This document shows positions 1 through 9,944 of a DNA stretch of 64,000 nt, in pieces; within the stretch, counting starts at the first letter, position 1, and each line of letters opens with the position of its first letter. The stretch is from an uncultured Chlamydiae bacterium. GTDB lineage: Bacteria > Chlamydiota > Chlamydiia > Chlamydiales > JAJFMB01. Location of the stretch: assembly GCA_963696295.1 (NCBI GenBank), contig CAVOJR010000001.1, positions 288,001-352,000 on the forward strand. Reading direction: 5' to 3'. Both the position numbers and the translations under genes were made by a program. The notes under the pieces are model-generated. The model was not told the origin of the DNA. It saw only the letters and a program-made list of their open reading frames with translations, and made no database searches.

Positions 1-611
1 TCCCGAGTCGGCAGAGTGAGCTCATCGATCTCTTTGCCAAGCTCCGTTAAAACGTGGTTGCATTCCCGGGTTTTTTCCAGCCTGTAAGCTTTAATTTTAG
101 GAGGAAGATCATCTTTCACCTGTAATTCCTGCATCGCTTCAGCAATCAAAGCTCTTGGAATAAAGCCGCTTTTGTTGGATTTTAACCCCATCTCCTGAAA
201 AACTTCCCAATTAATCCTGCGCTTTAATTCCGACTGCTTTCTAAAGCCTTGCGTCGTCGTGGGATCATACTCCTGCCCCTTGCCGGTTTTGCCGCCGGTC
301 GCCTGTTCAAAACGCCGCTTTACCTCTCCACTAAAATGGACATAAGGGTTGCCCTGTAATTCCCCATTTCGATGGGCGTTGATCTCCTTTTGCGTCGCCA
401 TGCCGGCCAGCCGCAAATGGGGACTTGGCAAAGAGCCCTCAAATGTTTGCAAAACTTCTGGTCGAATAGCTTTAACTGTTTTCTGCATCTTCTGTTGAGG
501 TGCAGCCGCTGGAGATGAAAAATGTGTTATTAAATCCTTAACATTTGGACTTTTTTCGGTAACGGCCGGCATAACCGGTGGAACTCCACCATTAGATACC
601 CTTAATGACAT
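1..611 (-). CDS. Hypothetical protein, 5' part only (runs off window); Ser/Pro-rich N-terminus, possible secreted effector
   Basis: Translated by hand: GGAGG RBS, ATG at 611, MSLRVSNGGVPPVMPAVTEKSP..., open to position 1. Confidence 0.7.
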   Translation of the reverse strand, partial: MSLRVSNGGVPPVMPAVTEKSPNVKDLITHFSSPAAAPQQKMQKTVKAIRPEVLQTFEGSLPSPHLRLAGMATQKEINAHRNGELQGNPYVHFSGEVKRRFEQATGGKTGKGQEYDPTTTQGFRKQSELKRRINWEVFQEMGLKSNKSGFIPRALIAEAMQELQVKDDLPPKIKAYRLEKTRECNHVLTELGKEIDELTLPTR

Positions 612-792
612 ATAACCTCCATTTTATTAATACATAGCTCTATTATAATAAAGTTTTGTAAACATATAATTAACATTAATTATAATTATAATAAAGAATG
701 ACCAGGGAATCACAGCATACCCGTTCATTTTTTACTTGTTTCAAAAGCGAAAAATCTGTTATTTTATCCGTGTTAGATGACAGGAGAAACAA

Positions 793-1068
793 ATGTCTAG
801 AGAATGTGCAGTCACTGGCAAAAGAACGACAAGAGGATTTAAATACTCCATTCGCGGTATTGCCAAAAAGAAAAAAGGGATTGGTCTTAAAGTCACCGGA
901 AAAACTAAAAGACGCTTCCTACCGAATTTACAGACAAAGAGATTTTGGTTTGATGATGAAAAGCGCTTTATTACCCTCTCTGTATCAACCAATGCCATGC
1001 GCACAATTGATAAGCTGGGCTTGAGCAAAGTCGTCAAAGATATGCGCGCCAGAGGCGTTTCAGTCTAA
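793..1068 (+). CDS. rpmB: 50S ribosomal protein L28
   Basis: MSRECAVTGKR...KTKRRFLPNLQTKRFW; AGGAG RBS. Confidence 0.97.
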   Translation: MSRECAVTGKRTTRGFKYSIRGIAKKKKGIGLKVTGKTKRRFLPNLQTKRFWFDDEKRFITLSVSTNAMRTIDKLGLSKVVKDMRARGVSV

Positions 1069-1094
1069 GCAACCCCTTATTAGCTCTTTTGTTG

Positions 1095-1123
1095 AACCCC
1101 TATTATTGATAGGGGTTTTTTTT
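1095..1123 (+). terminator. Intrinsic terminator after rpmB, possibly bidirectional
   Basis: AACCCCTAT-tattg-ATAGGGGTT followed by a T run. Confidence 0.8.
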
Positions 1124-1148
1124 ATTTGACTAAGCTAACCGGCTAGAG

Positions 1149-1510
1149 ATATCCCGCATATTTGACGGTCAGATTAAAAGAATATCCCGCTCATTTGACG
1201 CTCAGATTACTTAAAGAATAACCTGCTCATTTGACGCTCAGATTACTTAAAGAATATCCTGCTCATTTGACGCTCAGATTACTTAAAGAATATCCTGCTT
1301 ATTTGACGCTCAGATTACTTAAAGAATATCCCGCATATTTGACGCTCAGATTAAAAGAATATCCCGCTCATGTGACGCTCAGATTGCTTAAAGATTATCC
1401 CGCTCATTTGACGCTCAGATTAAAAGAATATCCCGCTTATTTGACGCTCAGATTACTTAAAGAATATCCCGCTTATTTGACGCACAGAGTACTTAAAGAT
1501 TATCTTGCTT
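1149..1510. repeat. Tandem array of ten 33/36-bp units plus a partial unit
   Basis: Consensus ATATCCCGCTCATTTGACGCTCAGATTA(CTT)AAAGA; no unique spacers. Confidence 0.95.
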
Positions 1511-1525
1511 CCATCAACCTGGCGC

Positions 1526-3562
1526 TTATTTGACTACGCTTCCGCCGGGAAGAGAATCCACTGTGATTACCTCAAGCATATCTTCCGTACTGCCGGCTAA
1601 AATCATGCCGTGGCTTTCCACGCCCATCAACTTGGCGCTCTTCAAATTAGCCACCACAATCACTTTCTTGCCGATCAATTGCTCAGGTGTGTAATGCTGG
1701 CTGATCCCGGAAACAATCGTGCGCGTTTCAAACCCCAAATCGACCTGCAGCTTCAATAGCTTCTTGCTCTTTGGTACGGGCTCGGCGCTCTTGACCGTGC
1801 CGATGCGTAAGTCAATTTTTTGCACATCGTCAATTTCAACCGGAGCCTTCAAGGGTTCAAAAGAGACCTTGGCCGGAGCCGCCATGCTATGCAGCCGGTT
1901 TAACTCCCCCTCAATCTGCTCATCCTCGATTTTCTGGAAAAGGATCTTAGGCGCCTGCAATTTTTGACCGGCGGGCATTGGCGCGGCCAGAATAGAGACA
2001 TAACCCATCTCTTCTAAAGACCCCTCATAGCCCAGCATCTTCCAGACGTTGCCAGCCGTTTCCGGTATAATGGGATAGGAAATGAGCGCCAGCGTCTTTA
2101 AACACTCCAGGCAGCAATGAATCGTGGTAAACATTTCCGGATGTCTCGCGGGATCTTTTGCATCTTGCCAAGGTTTCTTTTTCTCGAAATAAATATTCCC
2201 AAGTTGCGAAAGCTCCATCAGCAGCTGGCAGGCTCTGCGCAGCTTAAAGGTCTGATAAGCATCTTTTGCTTGCGCGGCAAGCACTTGAATCTGATCCAAA
2301 AATTCCCGGTCGACCTCCTGCAGGGGTCCAAGCTCTGGGACTTTGCCTCCGCAATTATTTTGCGCAAAAACCAGCACGCGGTTGACCAGGTTGCCATATT
2401 TTCCAAGCAGCTCGCTGTTGCAGCGCATCTGAAAATCCTTCCAGGTAAACTCAGAATCGGAAGTCTCAGGGGCATTGGCGGCGATCGCATACCTGATCTG
2501 GTCGGGGGTATATCTCGTGAAAAAATCATCCAAATCGATGTACCACCCTTCCGATTTGCTGAATTTCCGCCCTTCATAGTTATAAAATTCGTTGGCAGGC
2601 AATTCATCAACCAGTTTGTAGGGCTGGTTCTGCCCCATCGTCATCGCCGGAAAAGAGATCGCATGGAAGAAGATGTTGTCCTTGCCGATAAAATGCACAA
2701 GCTTTGTGTTCTGATCAAACCAGTAATCTTTCCAGGCATCAGGCCGGCCGGTTTTAAGCGCCCATTCCTTGGTCGCCGAAATATATCCGATAGGCGCTTC
2801 AAACCACACATACAAAATCTTTCCTTCTGTATCGGGCAAGGGAATATCCACCCCCCAATAAGAATCGCGCGTGATCGCGCGCGGCTGCAGATTCTCAATG
2901 TAGTGTTTGACAAAGTTGATGACATTGGGTTTCCAATCTTTTTTCGTCTCGATCCATTCCCCCAAACGGATCTTAAACTTATCCAGCAGCAACACCCAGT
3001 TCTTCGTCGGCTTCAAAACAAGGGGGGAATTGGTCATTTTAGAGCGGGGATTGATCAGGTCGGTCGCCTCGTAGCTCGCGCCGCATTTGGGGCACTCATC
3101 CCCTCGAGCCTGTTCATAGCGGCAGCGCGGGCAGGTTCCTATCACATAGCGGTCTGCCAAAAAGCGGTTTTCGGCCTCGGAATAAAGCTGGTTTGACATC
3201 CTGGGTTCAATAAAGCCATTATTCAAAAGGTCCAAAAAGAACTCATGCGTCGGGATTTTATGCCCCTCCCAAGTTGTGCGGGAATAATGGTTGAAGGAAA
3301 AATTCAACTTTTGAAACAGCCCTTTATTGACCTCGTGAAAGATATCGACATGCTCTTTTGGCGTGCGGCCGGCCATTTCCGCGCTTAAAGTAATGGCTAC
3401 GCCATACTCATCTGATCCGCAAATATAAAGCACGTCGTTCTTTAGCAAACGGTTAAATCGGGCATAGCAGTCACCGGGCAGGTAGGCGCCGGCGATATGG
3501 CCGAAATGCAAAGGGCCGTTAGCATAAGGGAGAGCTGAAGTGATTAAGATTTTTTCTTTCAT
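1526..3562 (-). CDS. metG: Methionine--tRNA ligase with C-terminal tRNA-binding (Trbp111-like) domain
   Basis: TSALPYANGPLHFGH (HIGH), Zn-knuckle CxxC pairs, KFSKS (KMSKS), C-terminal DLRIG...VVANL. Confidence 0.97.
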   Translation of the reverse strand: MKEKILITSALPYANGPLHFGHIAGAYLPGDCYARFNRLLKNDVLYICGSDEYGVAITLSAEMAGRTPKEHVDIFHEVNKGLFQKLNFSFNHYSRTTWEGHKIPTHEFFLDLLNNGFIEPRMSNQLYSEAENRFLADRYVIGTCPRCRYEQARGDECPKCGASYEATDLINPRSKMTNSPLVLKPTKNWVLLLDKFKIRLGEWIETKKDWKPNVINFVKHYIENLQPRAITRDSYWGVDIPLPDTEGKILYVWFEAPIGYISATKEWALKTGRPDAWKDYWFDQNTKLVHFIGKDNIFFHAISFPAMTMGQNQPYKLVDELPANEFYNYEGRKFSKSEGWYIDLDDFFTRYTPDQIRYAIAANAPETSDSEFTWKDFQMRCNSELLGKYGNLVNRVLVFAQNNCGGKVPELGPLQEVDREFLDQIQVLAAQAKDAYQTFKLRRACQLLMELSQLGNIYFEKKKPWQDAKDPARHPEMFTTIHCCLECLKTLALISYPIIPETAGNVWKMLGYEGSLEEMGYVSILAAPMPAGQKLQAPKILFQKIEDEQIEGELNRLHSMAAPAKVSFEPLKAPVEIDDVQKIDLRIGTVKSAEPVPKSKKLLKLQVDLGFETRTIVSGISQHYTPEQLIGKKVIVVANLKSAKLMGVESHGMILAGSTEDMLEVITVDSLPGGSVVK

Positions 3563-4161
3563 GTGACCTTCTTAATGGGTTTTTGGACGATGAGGACCTC
3601 GAAATTCGTGTCAGGCACCTGTTTCCAGCCCAGGAGGACTTTGGTCTCCCAATCGACATACAAGGGCCCGGGCCTTTCAAAAGCGAATTCCGGCTCAATC
3701 ATCCTTGGAGCGGAATTCTGGGAAGAAAATTTAGTTTGGAATCCCTCAAGCGGTTTATGTACGGCTCTGACCGACTCCTTCTGCGCCTCGCTTAAGCTTC
3801 CCCAGGATAAGTAATTGCCGGGGTACCGTTTATTTAAGAAATTCCAATCGACACTTATATTATCAAACCAGGTCACGGCGTCAAAAAACACCCGGCCGGT
3901 TTCACGACAAACAGCGGCTTTATTCAAGTCAAACAAGCGATTATCATATTCATGCATATCGTACAGCATGCGATAAATCTTCTCTTTAGCAGCAAAAGAC
4001 AAATCGGAGCCTCTTCTTAAAGGCAGACCGCTGTAAGGACTGATGCCCGGGTTTCGCCTGCTGAGCCAAAGTGAAAACCAAAAAAATGCAAAAAAAACTA
4101 AAAAGGTTAGCAAAACAGCAAGAGAAAATAACACCACCTGAAAGCGGTCTATTTCATTCAT
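3559..4161 (-). CDS. Hypothetical membrane-anchored protein
   Basis: 200-aa ORF with N-terminal TM helix; ATGA overlap with metG. Confidence 0.75.
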   Translation of the reverse strand: MNEIDRFQVVLFSLAVLLTFLVFFAFFWFSLWLSRRNPGISPYSGLPLRRGSDLSFAAKEKIYRMLYDMHEYDNRLFDLNKAAVCRETGRVFFDAVTWFDNISVDWNFLNKRYPGNYLSWGSLSEAQKESVRAVHKPLEGFQTKFSSQNSAPRMIEPEFAFERPGPLYVDWETKVLLGWKQVPDTNFEVLIVQKPIKKVT

Positions 4162-4170
4162 CTCAACCCG

Positions 4171-4446
4171 CTATACATTCACTTCTTTTTTTTCGATGAA
4201 AGTTTGATCGTACAAACGCATTTTCTCGAATTGTTGCTCATCGTCAATATCATCCAAAAGAACTTTATCTTCGGTGATCTCTTCCAGGATCTGTTGAGCT
4301 CTATTTTGTATCTCTTTTCTGGCTCTGGTTTCCCGGCCCGATTTGATCATATCTTTAGCCACGTGAATGGCAAAATTAACCAAATCAAACTGACTGACAA
4401 ATTTTTTGCTTAATGCTTCGTTTGTCAAGTTTTCGTGTCTTTCCAT
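4171..4446 (-). CDS. rpoZ: RNA polymerase omega subunit (divergent chlamydial type)
   Basis: 91 aa directly after gmk (widespread yicC-gmk-rpoZ order); SQFDLVNFAI resembles the omega S-x-F/Y-x-L-V motif. Confidence 0.7.
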   Translation of the reverse strand: MERHENLTNEALSKKFVSQFDLVNFAIHVAKDMIKSGRETRARKEIQNRAQQILEEITEDKVLLDDIDDEQQFEKMRLYDQTFIEKKEVNV

Positions 4447-4457
4447 GAATACTCCTC

Positions 4458-5057
4458 TTAAGATCGCACGTTTGAAACGCGGTGTTCTTCTGCGATAAAG
4501 ATGCTCTTTAACACCCTGTAAGCCGTTTCAAAACAATCGTTGGTTACACAATAATTATAATTTTTACTCTCAGCAATTTCCTTATCCGCCCAAAGCAGCC
4601 TTTCATCGATCACTTCCTTAGACTCGGTCTGCCTTTTTTCCAGGCGCTTCTTTAGTTCTTCCAAATTCGGCGGTTTGACGAAAATAAAAACCGCATCCGC
4701 CTTTTCTCTAATCTGTCTGGCCCCTTGGGTATCGATCACTAGCACGACGTGTTTGCCGCTCTTGAGCTGCTGCTCCACCCATGATTTAGACGTCCCGTAA
4801 AAAAAGTCATAAATCCTGGCGTGCTCTAAAAAATCTCCCTGTTCCAGCCGCTTTAAAAACTGATCCTCGGTCACAAAATGATAATCGGCGCCATCCCTCT
4901 CATTTCGCCGCGGCTGCCTGGTAGTGAATGAGACGCTTCTCACAATACACGGGAACTCATCGACGAGCTTGTTGACAAGCGTGGTTTTTCCGGTGCCGGC
5001 AGGAGCGCTTAAAACAAAAAGCAGACCCCGTTTTAAATTGCCGATTACCTTATCCAT
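4458..5057 (-). CDS. gmk: Guanylate kinase
   Basis: SAPAGTGKTT P-loop, SFTTRQPR, DYHFV, YGT. Confidence 0.97.
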   Translation of the reverse strand: MDKVIGNLKRGLLFVLSAPAGTGKTTLVNKLVDEFPCIVRSVSFTTRQPRRNERDGADYHFVTEDQFLKRLEQGDFLEHARIYDFFYGTSKSWVEQQLKSGKHVVLVIDTQGARQIREKADAVFIFVKPPNLEELKKRLEKRQTESKEVIDERLLWADKEIAESKNYNYCVTNDCFETAYRVLKSIFIAEEHRVSNVRS

Positions 5058-5058
5058 C

Positions 5059-5937
5059 TCACTCTATGTTTTGCACTTGCTGCCGTATTTTTTCGATCTC
5101 CCCCTTCATCTCCACAACCAGGTAGGAGGCTTGTCTGTCCACGACTTTCGAGCCGATGGTATTCGCTTCCCGGTTCAGTTCCTGGGTTAAAAAATCGATG
5201 GTCTTGCCCATACCCGCCTCGCTGGAATTCAGCAGCGCCTCGCATTGCTTCAGGTGAGAGTCGATCCGCGTTATTTCTTCGGTAATATCAACCCTTTCGG
5301 CGAAGAGGCAAACCTCTTTCAGCAGGCGGTCATCTTCAACCTCCGCGCCCAGCACCTCGGCCATTTTCGCCTTTAGCTTTTCCCGGTACTTTTCCGCAGC
5401 GTTCTCAGTCCCTTCCGCAATTTTCCCAATTTGCGCCCTAATCAGCCCCATCCTTTGCGCGATCTCCTTGCGAAGCGCCTCACCCTCAGCCACCTTCATC
5501 TGATCGGCAGCATTCAGTGCTTCAAAAAACAGGGTTTGGAGAACCTCTTCATAAGCCTCGTCGTTTTGAAACGCCTCTTCATACACCAGCATGTCCGGTA
5601 TGGAGGCGAGCAGTTCGAGACCCACGGCCTGCTGCAGATGCAATTCCAAAGTAATGGCTTCAAAGGCCTGCTTTACCTGGCGCGCCAAGGGCATGTTCGG
5701 CGTGACGGAAATAGGGGATCCCTGCTCGAAAGCGACGGACACCTTCACATTCACTAGCCCGCGATACACCCTTTCGCCGATCCATTTCCGGCAAATCGTA
5801 TCAAACCGCCACAATTCTTTAGGCAAAGAGAGATTGATCTCTAAGTATTTTCTGTTTACCGACTGGATTTCCACAGAAAAGCGTCCTAAAGATGTCATTT
5901 TTTGAGCACGGCCATAAGCCGTCATACTTTTTAGCAT
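5059..5937 (-). CDS. yicC: YicC/YloC family endoribonuclease
   Basis: SMTAYG start, SVNRKY, QELNREANTIGSK, EKIRQQVQNIE end. Confidence 0.93.
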   Translation of the reverse strand: MLKSMTAYGRAQKMTSLGRFSVEIQSVNRKYLEINLSLPKELWRFDTICRKWIGERVYRGLVNVKVSVAFEQGSPISVTPNMPLARQVKQAFEAITLELHLQQAVGLELLASIPDMLVYEEAFQNDEAYEEVLQTLFFEALNAADQMKVAEGEALRKEIAQRMGLIRAQIGKIAEGTENAAEKYREKLKAKMAEVLGAEVEDDRLLKEVCLFAERVDITEEITRIDSHLKQCEALLNSSEAGMGKTIDFLTQELNREANTIGSKVVDRQASYLVVEMKGEIEKIRQQVQNIE

Positions 5938-5968
5938 TAATTCCGAAATGAGTTATTGGCTGAGTTTT

Positions 5969-5997
5969 ACTATAGGTTAAAATCATTTTTCTGTCAA
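5969..5997 (-). promoter_or_regulatory. Sigma70/66 promoter of the yicC-gmk-rpoZ-metG unit
   Basis: TTGACA-N17-TATAGT on the minus strand. Confidence 0.75.
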
Positions 5998-6176
5998 TGA
6001 ACAGGGAGGCTATTTCTTAGGAGGGAAAATATACACTCTTTTTTTTACTTGTATTCTTTCCGCTCCTTTAAATCTATTTAAATAGATATGATAGACTTTA
6101 ACGAAGAAAACGCATTTCGCTATCTCAAAAACAGAGAATTTTCAAAATGACTTCACCCGACCGCTTGACCAAAAAT

Positions 6177-7709
6177 TCACTTTAACTTGGCAGCAGCCAT
6201 TCCAATCTCATTATCAATGGCAAACTGCAGTTTCGCCCCTTCGCAGTCTAAGGCAGCCTGACCTAAATCTTGCCGCAAACGCTCCTCATTTAAAAGAGCA
6301 AACAACCAGTTTTTAGCATTTTCCACCTGGGCAATCACACCGCTTGTCTTATATTCCTCCGGGAAGGCGAAGCCTCTGGACATTCTTTCTTTCAGATTCT
6401 TAGCACACACCTCTATCGCACTCTTTAACCCATCCCCATTTTCCACGGCTGAAGGGGTCAATAATTCCTTATTATGACTGAATGAGAACACTTGCATCAT
6501 GATTTCTTCATAGGCAATGGTGTACTTATTCACAAAGGAAGGATTGTAGTTATTTCCACCTCCGCTATCTTCATGGAAAAAATAAAATAAAAGACCCTCT
6601 ATCGCCTTTTTTAAGTCATCCTCTTTTACCTGGCTAAGGCTGGATTTGATTTTATGATTCAAGGCTAAGTACGCCACCATCGGATATCCCGATTTTGGCA
6701 TAGAACTTAACACGGTTGATTTACGAGCCAGCGCATCTAGATACTTTTTACTCTCCATAGTTTCCATAATGGATGTATGCTGTTGGTCATGATTGAGAAA
6801 AGTGCCTCTATTACCCCCACTGAAATAATCATAGGCTTCTGCGTTTAGCGCCTCATCGGAACCAACACCATGGGCAAATATAGGGACGACTCTGGCGTCG
6901 ACAAAATACATCAAATCCAAATCGGCATTGCAGATAAATTTAAAGACGATGACTCCATCCTCCTCTCTAAAAGAAACAGGCTTGAGCATCTTATCTTGGG
7001 TAAAAGAGGTAAATTTTTCATTGATATTGTCGCCAGATTTTGTTCCTTCAGGAAAAAGGTGAACAAATTCATCTACCAACAGAGTGGAGATAGCGAAGCG
7101 GGGAGCTTCGATTTCTGCCGCAACTCTGTCATGCAAGCCTGAAACTCGCGGGTCAGTAGATAATTCAGCTCTATTTTCCAAGTAGTTTTTTATTTTACTG
7201 AGCACTTCGCGATAGGGGAGAAAGGGAAAATTTTCGCCATGAAGAGAAACCAGATTAAGCAGAGTGCGGTAAACTTCAATAGGAGATTTCTGCAAATCAT
7301 TTGTAAAATCTTTCATCGAAGGGGTAAATTTTATATTCGGAGTGGCTATTTTAGTTAATGGCGCCGGTTTCCCGATATTAGGAGGCTGCCGAACAGCTGC
7401 CGCATCGCAGTAATTAAGCAAAGGGGCGCTCTGCTTAACGGCAGCCAGAGAGGCAAGAGCAACCTCTTTCTGAGGTTGGACAACTCTATTTCCTAGGCTA
7501 CCTATTGCATTATGCCTAATGTAGGGTCGTCTATTTAAATCTAAGTTCAAACCAAAATTAAAAGTAGAAATATAACCCCCTATATTTTTACTAATATAGT
7601 ATATTTTATTTCTACAATTAAAACAATATTTATTAAGAATATCTATGTAAAAATCCGATCTTATCCAATCCTTAATCATACCCATATGGAATCTATACCC
7701 AAAGAACAC
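6177..7709 (-). CDS. Hypothetical AT-rich protein with HDxxH motif; start uncertain (may be near 7685)
   Basis: 510-aa ORF; FLNHDQQH; no family recognised. Confidence 0.7.
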   Translation of the reverse strand: MFFGYRFHMGMIKDWIRSDFYIDILNKYCFNCRNKIYYISKNIGGYISTFNFGLNLDLNRRPYIRHNAIGSLGNRVVQPQKEVALASLAAVKQSAPLLNYCDAAAVRQPPNIGKPAPLTKIATPNIKFTPSMKDFTNDLQKSPIEVYRTLLNLVSLHGENFPFLPYREVLSKIKNYLENRAELSTDPRVSGLHDRVAAEIEAPRFAISTLLVDEFVHLFPEGTKSGDNINEKFTSFTQDKMLKPVSFREEDGVIVFKFICNADLDLMYFVDARVVPIFAHGVGSDEALNAEAYDYFSGGNRGTFLNHDQQHTSIMETMESKKYLDALARKSTVLSSMPKSGYPMVAYLALNHKIKSSLSQVKEDDLKKAIEGLLFYFFHEDSGGGNNYNPSFVNKYTIAYEEIMMQVFSFSHNKELLTPSAVENGDGLKSAIEVCAKNLKERMSRGFAFPEEYKTSGVIAQVENAKNWLFALLNEERLRQDLGQAALDCEGAKLQFAIDNEIGMAAAKLK

Positions 7710-7880
7710 AACCTCAGTAAGGGGATAAGCCAGTCCTGGATGAGAAAGGACTGAAAAAACTGGAAGCAGCCCGCCTCACTGTCTTAGGCTTGGTAGAGGA
7801 AAGGGCCCAAAAGCTTCAGGGAAAACATGGAGAACTGAAACCGGCTATCAGATGAAGTCAGTCCTTCCCTCTGTAAAACT

Positions 7881-8819
7881 TTATATACCCGATGGGTGCG
7901 GAACGCCATAGTAGATCACATACTCCCCGGTATCATAGCCGTAGGGGAGGTCTTTTATGGAGCAGCCCAATTTGCTTTGCGCAGGAACCAGGCGCACTTT
8001 TTCGGCTTTCATCTCAGCTTCCAAAAACTGATCGTCACCGGCAAAAATCATCACATGGGCGATCCGTCCGGCCTTTTTAGAAGGGGCCAAAAAGATAAGA
8101 TCCCCCGGCTGCAAATCGGCAGATTCACACCGGTCACAGAGCAAAAATTGATCGTGCGCGTCCCTTGGCAGACTCACCCCTTCAGTCCGGTAAAGCAATT
8201 CAACCAGAGCGGAGCAATCGACGCTTGTAAAGGGTTTTGGCCAGTCTGGACGGTAACCGCTGCGGCCGCCCCAAAAATAGGGAGAGTCCAGCAATTGCTT
8301 GCCTCTATTGACGATGTTGAGACGCCAGGAGGCCGATCTTCTGTTATGGCTCACCGACTCTTTTAAAATTAGCCCCTCCGTCCCGTCGGGAAGCCTCAGA
8401 CGCCAATGGCGGGGTAATTCCTCCACCCCAACCAGAAGGGTGCCCAAAGAGACCTCTAGAACGCCCTGCGGCCGTTCAATTTGGCCCCAGGGAATAATAA
8501 CGCTTAAATTCGGAGCGGGAAAATCAGAGACCTCTATCAATTGATCTGCCTGCACCCAGCCGGGGTAGCCGCCCCACTCCCCGTCGGCAAAACACTTTTG
8601 CTGCTCCAGCGCTTCGACAAAAATCCAGCCGTTATTGATCCCATATCCTTTCAGGCGTTCGTTAAAAAGCAGCTGCGTTTCCTGGTGCCGGTCCAGGGGG
8701 GTTCTCCCTTCGATCGGCTCCCTCCGCAAATTGGCTACCGGAACATTGACTAAATATTTCATAGGATCCAATTGAGCATGAGAATTTGATTCAGAATCAC
8801 TCGCTTTAGAGGTGGACAT
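7881..8819 (-). CDS. SH3 + NlpC/P60 peptidoglycan peptide peptidase (YkfC-like)
   Basis: ETQLLFNE N-domain, PYFWGG, VDCSAL catalytic Cys, LPRDAHDQ, HVMI. Confidence 0.9.
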   Translation of the reverse strand: MSTSKASDSESNSHAQLDPMKYLVNVPVANLRREPIEGRTPLDRHQETQLLFNERLKGYGINNGWIFVEALEQQKCFADGEWGGYPGWVQADQLIEVSDFPAPNLSVIIPWGQIERPQGVLEVSLGTLLVGVEELPRHWRLRLPDGTEGLILKESVSHNRRSASWRLNIVNRGKQLLDSPYFWGGRSGYRPDWPKPFTSVDCSALVELLYRTEGVSLPRDAHDQFLLCDRCESADLQPGDLIFLAPSKKAGRIAHVMIFAGDDQFLEAEMKAEKVRLVPAQSKLGCSIKDLPYGYDTGEYVIYYGVPHPSGI

Positions 8820-8821
8820 AT

Positions 8822-9523
8822 CTAAAGCGAGTGATTATGGATCAAATTTTCCATACTTTTGATCGGTTCAAAGGTGCGCCGGTGGATCGGGCAGGGGCCA
8901 TGCTTCTTTATCGCCTCAATATGTTGAGCCGTCCCATATCCCTTATGCTTGTCAAATCCATATTGCGGCCATTCTTCATGGTAGGAGAGCATCAGGCTGT
9001 CCCTGGTCACTTTGGCCAATATCGATGCCGCGGCAATCACATAGGAGAGGGCATCGCCATGGATGACTTTTTGACAGGGAATACCCTGATAGTAAAGCTC
9101 AAGACCATCCACAAGAAGATAGTCCGGAGTTATAATCAATGTCTCTAGAGAGATTTGCATCGCCGCTTTGGTCGCCTGCAAAATGTTGATCCGGTCGATC
9201 TCTTCCGGGGAAACCACTCCGACGCCAAAAGAAACCCCCTCATTTTGCGTAAGCTCCTGATAAAGCTGCTCGCGTTTTACAGGGGTCAGTTTCTTGCTGT
9301 CGTCGATGCCGCGAATCAAAAGACCCTCGGCAATAAGGCAGGAAGCAGCAACGACAGGTCCGGCTAGCGGACCCCGTCCGGCTTCGTCAATCCCGGCTAT
9401 GAGGCTATATCCCTTTTCCCGAGCCTGCCGTTCGAAGGCGCATAGCGACAACAAACGGTCATGCTCTTGAGGAGACAGGTTACTTGACTGAGCTCTCTGC
9501 TGCTTCTTCAGTTGAGTTGACAT
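8822..9523 (-). CDS. rnhB: Ribonuclease HII
   Basis: [39 protein letters not shown]. Confidence 0.97.
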   Translation of the reverse strand: MSTQLKKQQRAQSSNLSPQEHDRLLSLCAFERQAREKGYSLIAGIDEAGRGPLAGPVVAASCLIAEGLLIRGIDDSKKLTPVKREQLYQELTQNEGVSFGVGVVSPEEIDRINILQATKAAMQISLETLIITPDYLLVDGLELYYQGIPCQKVIHGDALSYVIAAASILAKVTRDSLMLSYHEEWPQYGFDKHKGYGTAQHIEAIKKHGPCPIHRRTFEPIKSMENLIHNHSL

Positions 9524-9944
9524 CGCCGGTTTCGATCGCTTCCATTGTTACGTTGTCCAGTTCCAGTTCGTCCATATTTTCGGCGCGTTCTTCGCCAATG
9601 ATACTTCTAACTCTAGCTTTTTTACCCGAAGTTCCACGCAAGTAGTAGAGCTTGGCGCGGCGCACACGGCCGTGCTTAACCACTTCTATTTTTGCGACTC
9701 GGGGGCTATGCAATGGAAACACCCGCTCCATCCCTTCGCCGTAAGCGACGCGATGCACCGAAAATGTCTCGGATAAACCTGTTCCTTTGCGGGCTATGAC
9801 TGTGCCTGTATACACTTGAACACGCTCTTTATCGCCTTCGATAATACGTGTATGCACGCGCACAGTATCCCCAATACGGAAATCGGGAATCCCTTTTTTC
9901 AACTGCTGCTTTTCCAGCTTTTGAATGACGGCTGGTCTTGTCAT
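9480..9944 (-). CDS. rplS: 50S ribosomal protein L19 with acidic C-terminal tail overlapping rnhB
   Basis: [21 protein letters not shown]. Confidence 0.97.
   Translation of the reverse strand: MTRPAVIQKLEKQQLKKGIPDFRIGDTVRVHTRIIEGDKERVQVYTGTVIARKGTGLSETFSVHRVAYGEGMERVFPLHSPRVAKIEVVKHGRVRRAKLYYLRGTSGKKARVRSIIGEERAENMDELELDNVTMEAIETGDVNSTEEAAESSVK

Noticed and set aside
1149..1510. CRISPR array
   Set aside because: Units are contiguous with no unique spacers, and no cas genes are in the window.
1231..1533. 100-aa repeat ORF (LTLRLLKEYPAH)n
   Set aside because: No RBS, TTG start inside a unit, in-frame TAA in unit 3 and TAG before unit 1; most likely a by-product of unit lengths divisible by three.
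2117..3196. 359-aa ORF antisense to metG (and similar shadow ORFs over pnp, ffh, murF-alr, RND)
   Set aside because: Fully overlaps a conserved gene on the other strand and has no motifs.
7725..7856. Protein-like plus-strand fragment DKPVLDEKGLKKLEAARL...
   Set aside because: No start, preceded by a stop, too short to assign; at most a gene relic.
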